Shown here in pieces: positions 61,640-64,000 of a stretch of DNA of 64,000 nucleotides. The stretch lies in the NCBI GenBank assembly GCA_964534625.1, contig CAZHRF010000005.1, positions 1-64,000 of the forward strand. The letters run 5' to 3'. The notes beneath the pieces were generated by a model that did not search any database, was not told where the DNA came from, and was given only the letters and a program-made list of their open reading frames with translations. This stretch comes from an uncultured archaeon. GTDB taxonomy: Archaea > Asgardarchaeota > Heimdallarchaeia > Heimdallarchaeales > Heimdallarchaeaceae. How positions within the stretch are numbered: position 1 is the first letter of the stretch; the number at the start of each line of letters is the position of its first letter. The translations under genes were made by a program, and so were the position numbers.

Positions 61640-62605
61640 ATGGGATCATCAATTGTCATTGAAACTACAAACCTTTGTCGCAATTATGATACACGTATGG
61701 TTGTATACCGTTTATCCATACAAATTCCAACAGGTGTTGTATTTGGTTTACTAGGCCCAAATGGTGCGGGAAAGTCAACTACCATCAAAATGATAACTGG
61801 TCGTATTCGCCCAACATCTGGTCATGTTCGTGTCTTTGGTCTTAATCCTTGGAAGCAACGAGTTAAAATCAATCAGCGCCTAGGTTATCTTCCTGAAAAT
61901 CCTTACTATTACAATGAAATGGATGTTTTTTCTTACTGCACTTTTAATGCAAAATTATACGGTATGAAAGCAAATCAAGCCAAATTAAAGACTAGGACAG
62001 TTTTAGACCGTTTGGGATTGGGTCGTCTGGAAACACACAAAGTCGGTAAGCTTTCTCAAGGTCAGAAACAGCGACTTGGGTTTGCTTGTGCCATTCTTAA
62101 TGATCCTGATCTTCTTATTTTAGATGAACCCACAGCTAATCTTGATCCTGAAGGGCGAGTTTATGTGTTAAATCTCATCAAGACCCTACGTCAAGAAGAT
62201 AAAACCATCCTCATTAGCAGTCACATACTGCCCGAAATCGAACGTATTTGCGATTATATTGGTATAATGTCGGATGGTCGGCTTTTGGCAAGTGAAAAAA
62301 CGACTGATCTAACCAGAAACGTGTTTGATAACGAATTTAAGATTATCACATCAAATCCAGATCTTGTTGAACAAAAACTACATGATTGGGCATTTATTAA
62401 ACGAGTTATTCGGGATGACGATATACTCATTGTTGAAGTAGAATATGCGTCTTTACCTGATTTATGGTCATCTGTTCCAAGATTTTGCACTGAAAATAAT
62501 ATCAACTTGAAAACACTGGCTCCTGTTCGTGATCCCTTAGAGAAAGTATTTCTTTCTCTTGTTAATCCAAAACAAAAAGAGAAAATAGGTGAAATTAATG
62601 GATAA
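61640..62605 (+). CDS. ABC-2 type transporter ATP-binding protein
   Basis: GPNGAGKST, LSQGQKQR, LDEPTANLDP and SSH motifs. Confidence 0.94.
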   Translation: MGSSIVIETTNLCRNYDTRMVVYRLSIQIPTGVVFGLLGPNGAGKSTTIKMITGRIRPTSGHVRVFGLNPWKQRVKINQRLGYLPENPYYYNEMDVFSYCTFNAKLYGMKANQAKLKTRTVLDRLGLGRLETHKVGKLSQGQKQRLGFACAILNDPDLLILDEPTANLDPEGRVYVLNLIKTLRQEDKTILISSHILPEIERICDYIGIMSDGRLLASEKTTDLTRNVFDNEFKIITSNPDLVEQKLHDWAFIKRVIRDDDILIVEVEYASLPDLWSSVPRFCTENNINLKTLAPVRDPLEKVFLSLVNPKQKEKIGEING

Positions 62606-63458
62606 TTTTAACAAAAATTCGTTTTTTAGGTCGTTTCAAAAAACAATTAGAGGTTCGCGACTTTTTATAATAGTAACTCATACATATAAACAAATCCTCC
62701 GAAACAAGCGCTTTTTTATCGTTCTTATTTACTTTCTTTTACCTATTTTAGGCAACTTTCTTAATTTTTTAATCGCCCCTTCAAATTTTTATTCTGGGAA
62801 AGCTTATGCTGTTTATCGCATTCATCAAACGCTCTACTCTACAATGAACGATTGGTGGTTATCAATTTTTGGTCAGATGTTTATTATTCTTCTAACTAGT
62901 GATCTTATCGCAAGTGAGTTTGAGAGAGGTACTATACTAGTTTTGAAATCCCGATCAGTTAGTGATTCAGACATCTTTTTTGGGAAACTAATAGGTGTTT
63001 CACTCATTATTCTTTCACTTATTTTGCCTGGTGCCCTACTTATCTACATTGCCCAAGCTTCCGTGTTTGCACCAAATGATTTTTGGTGGGTTTTTTTGCA
63101 TTCTCTTGATGAGCTCATTGTTTCAACTCTTGTTCTTTTTTTAGTTATGCTCATGATGCTTTCTATTTCCTTTCTTTTTTCAACAATATTCAATAAGTCT
63201 TTACAGGCTACACTCGTCTCACTTTTGGTAATCTTTTCGGTTCAATTTATTTCATTAATTTTTTCTCTTTCGGATAGTATAATAAGTAAAGTCAATTTCC
63301 TTTATTATCTTAATTTATTTTTAGACCCTATCTTCTACAATTTAAGTCTATCAAACAGTTCTAATACAATAATTGGTTCTCTTCTCGGTTTTATTGCTAT
63401 TATTATTCTTTTTCTAACAGGAGGTTTTCTTATTTTCAAAAATAAAGAGATCCATTAG
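62589..63458 (+). CDS. ABC-2 type transporter permease
   Basis: IASEFERGT...IFFGK motif; about 6 TM segments; overlaps the ATPase gene. Confidence 0.88.
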   Translation: MKLMDNFNKNSFFRSFQKTIRGSRLFIIVTHTYKQILRNKRFFIVLIYFLLPILGNFLNFLIAPSNFYSGKAYAVYRIHQTLYSTMNDWWLSIFGQMFIILLTSDLIASEFERGTILVLKSRSVSDSDIFFGKLIGVSLIILSLILPGALLIYIAQASVFAPNDFWWVFLHSLDELIVSTLVLFLVMLMMLSISFLFSTIFNKSLQATLVSLLVIFSVQFISLIFSLSDSIISKVNFLYYLNLFLDPIFYNLSLSNSSNTIIGSLLGFIAIIILFLTGGFLIFKNKEIH

Positions 63459-64000
63459 TATTTCTTTTTTTCCCCAAATAACAATGAGATAACGGTAAAG
63501 CACATAATCATTATCATTACATTAGTATTATTATCCAGATAACCTGTTGAAGCAAGAAAAGCTAACCTATCAAGTTCACTTAACAAATTTACGTCTTTGA
63601 ATATTAAATATGCAAAATATGTGCTAGATAGATCATATTGTCCTTCTTCTTCGTTTTTGAATCCACCACTTGCACCTTGGAGATCAAAAATATTTTCAAC
63701 TACATTATGTTTTTTTTCAATTTCTGCATCTAACAAATTCAATACATGAATTGCATAATGGGTATCATTAATCCGTATGTTTTTTCTCATAAATGCATCA
63801 AATCCAGTCTCGTTATATCGATGTGCCTTAATGTAATTAATCGCATCAGTAGGTTTTTCAGGTTTTTGCCCCAATAATTCTAGTAATCGTATTATTTCTA
63901 TTGCCCGATAAAAAGAATCATATGTTCCATTAACATTTTGAGATTCTTTTAATGTCGTTATTAACAAGTTATATGGAAAGTTTAAAGTTATATTCAAAAT
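63455..64000 (-). CDS. Prenyltransferase/squalene-oxidase repeat protein with C-terminal TM segment, 5'-partial
   Basis: Repeats such as QGASGGF...DLSSTYFA and THYAIHVLNLL; frame open to the window edge. Confidence 0.7.
   Translation of the reverse strand: MLNITLNFPYNLLITTLKESQNVNGTYDSFYRAIEIIRLLELLGQKPEKPTDAINYIKAHRYNETGFDAFMRKNIRINDTHYAIHVLNLLDAEIEKKHNVVENIFDLQGASGGFKNEEEGQYDLSSTYFAYLIFKDVNLLSELDRLAFLASTGYLDNNTNVMIMIMCFTVISLLFGEKKKY

Noticed and set aside
1-64000. Genome-wide amber recoding; CRISPR array; prophage or integrase; the many short antisense or alternate-frame ORFs
   Set aside because: TAG ends genes at expected C-termini (apgM, hsp20); no repeat-spacer periodicity or integrase motif was seen; the short ORFs overlap well-supported genes.

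Overview
AT-rich archaeal chromosomal DNA, very probably from an Asgard archaeon of Heimdallarchaeia type. The evidence is a near-eukaryotic actin, a roadblock protein, heliorhodopsin, archaeal ribosomal, RNAP and translation genes, TiaS and GGTGA-type RBSs. Most of the window is housekeeping: proS, thrS, leuS, apgM, nadE, tmk, hsp20-cdc48-HTH-tiaS, rpo10-rps2-mvk-ipk and rpl7ae-rps28e-rpl24e-ndk-aIF5B. Features not in the ORF track are: a 56-aa short histone (56743-56913); initiator tRNA-Met (61181-61259); a protein-less IS200/IS605 element with a TnpB omegaRNA-like end that replaced a host stop codon (60615-61009); a K-turn leader overlapping the rpl7ae RBS; hairpin leaders before proS and thrS; a Nudix gene split by one in-frame TAG; a TPR gene frameshifted by a 7-nt tandem repeat; and a DUF3795-like remnant. 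The strongest novelty candidate is a ~470-nt GC-rich, multi-helix non-coding element upstream of the histone gene (56168-56638). Its 3' domain recurs 32 kb away (23885-24017) with the structure preserved, and it matches no RNA class I can recognise. All calls come from reading the sequence by eye; no searches were run.
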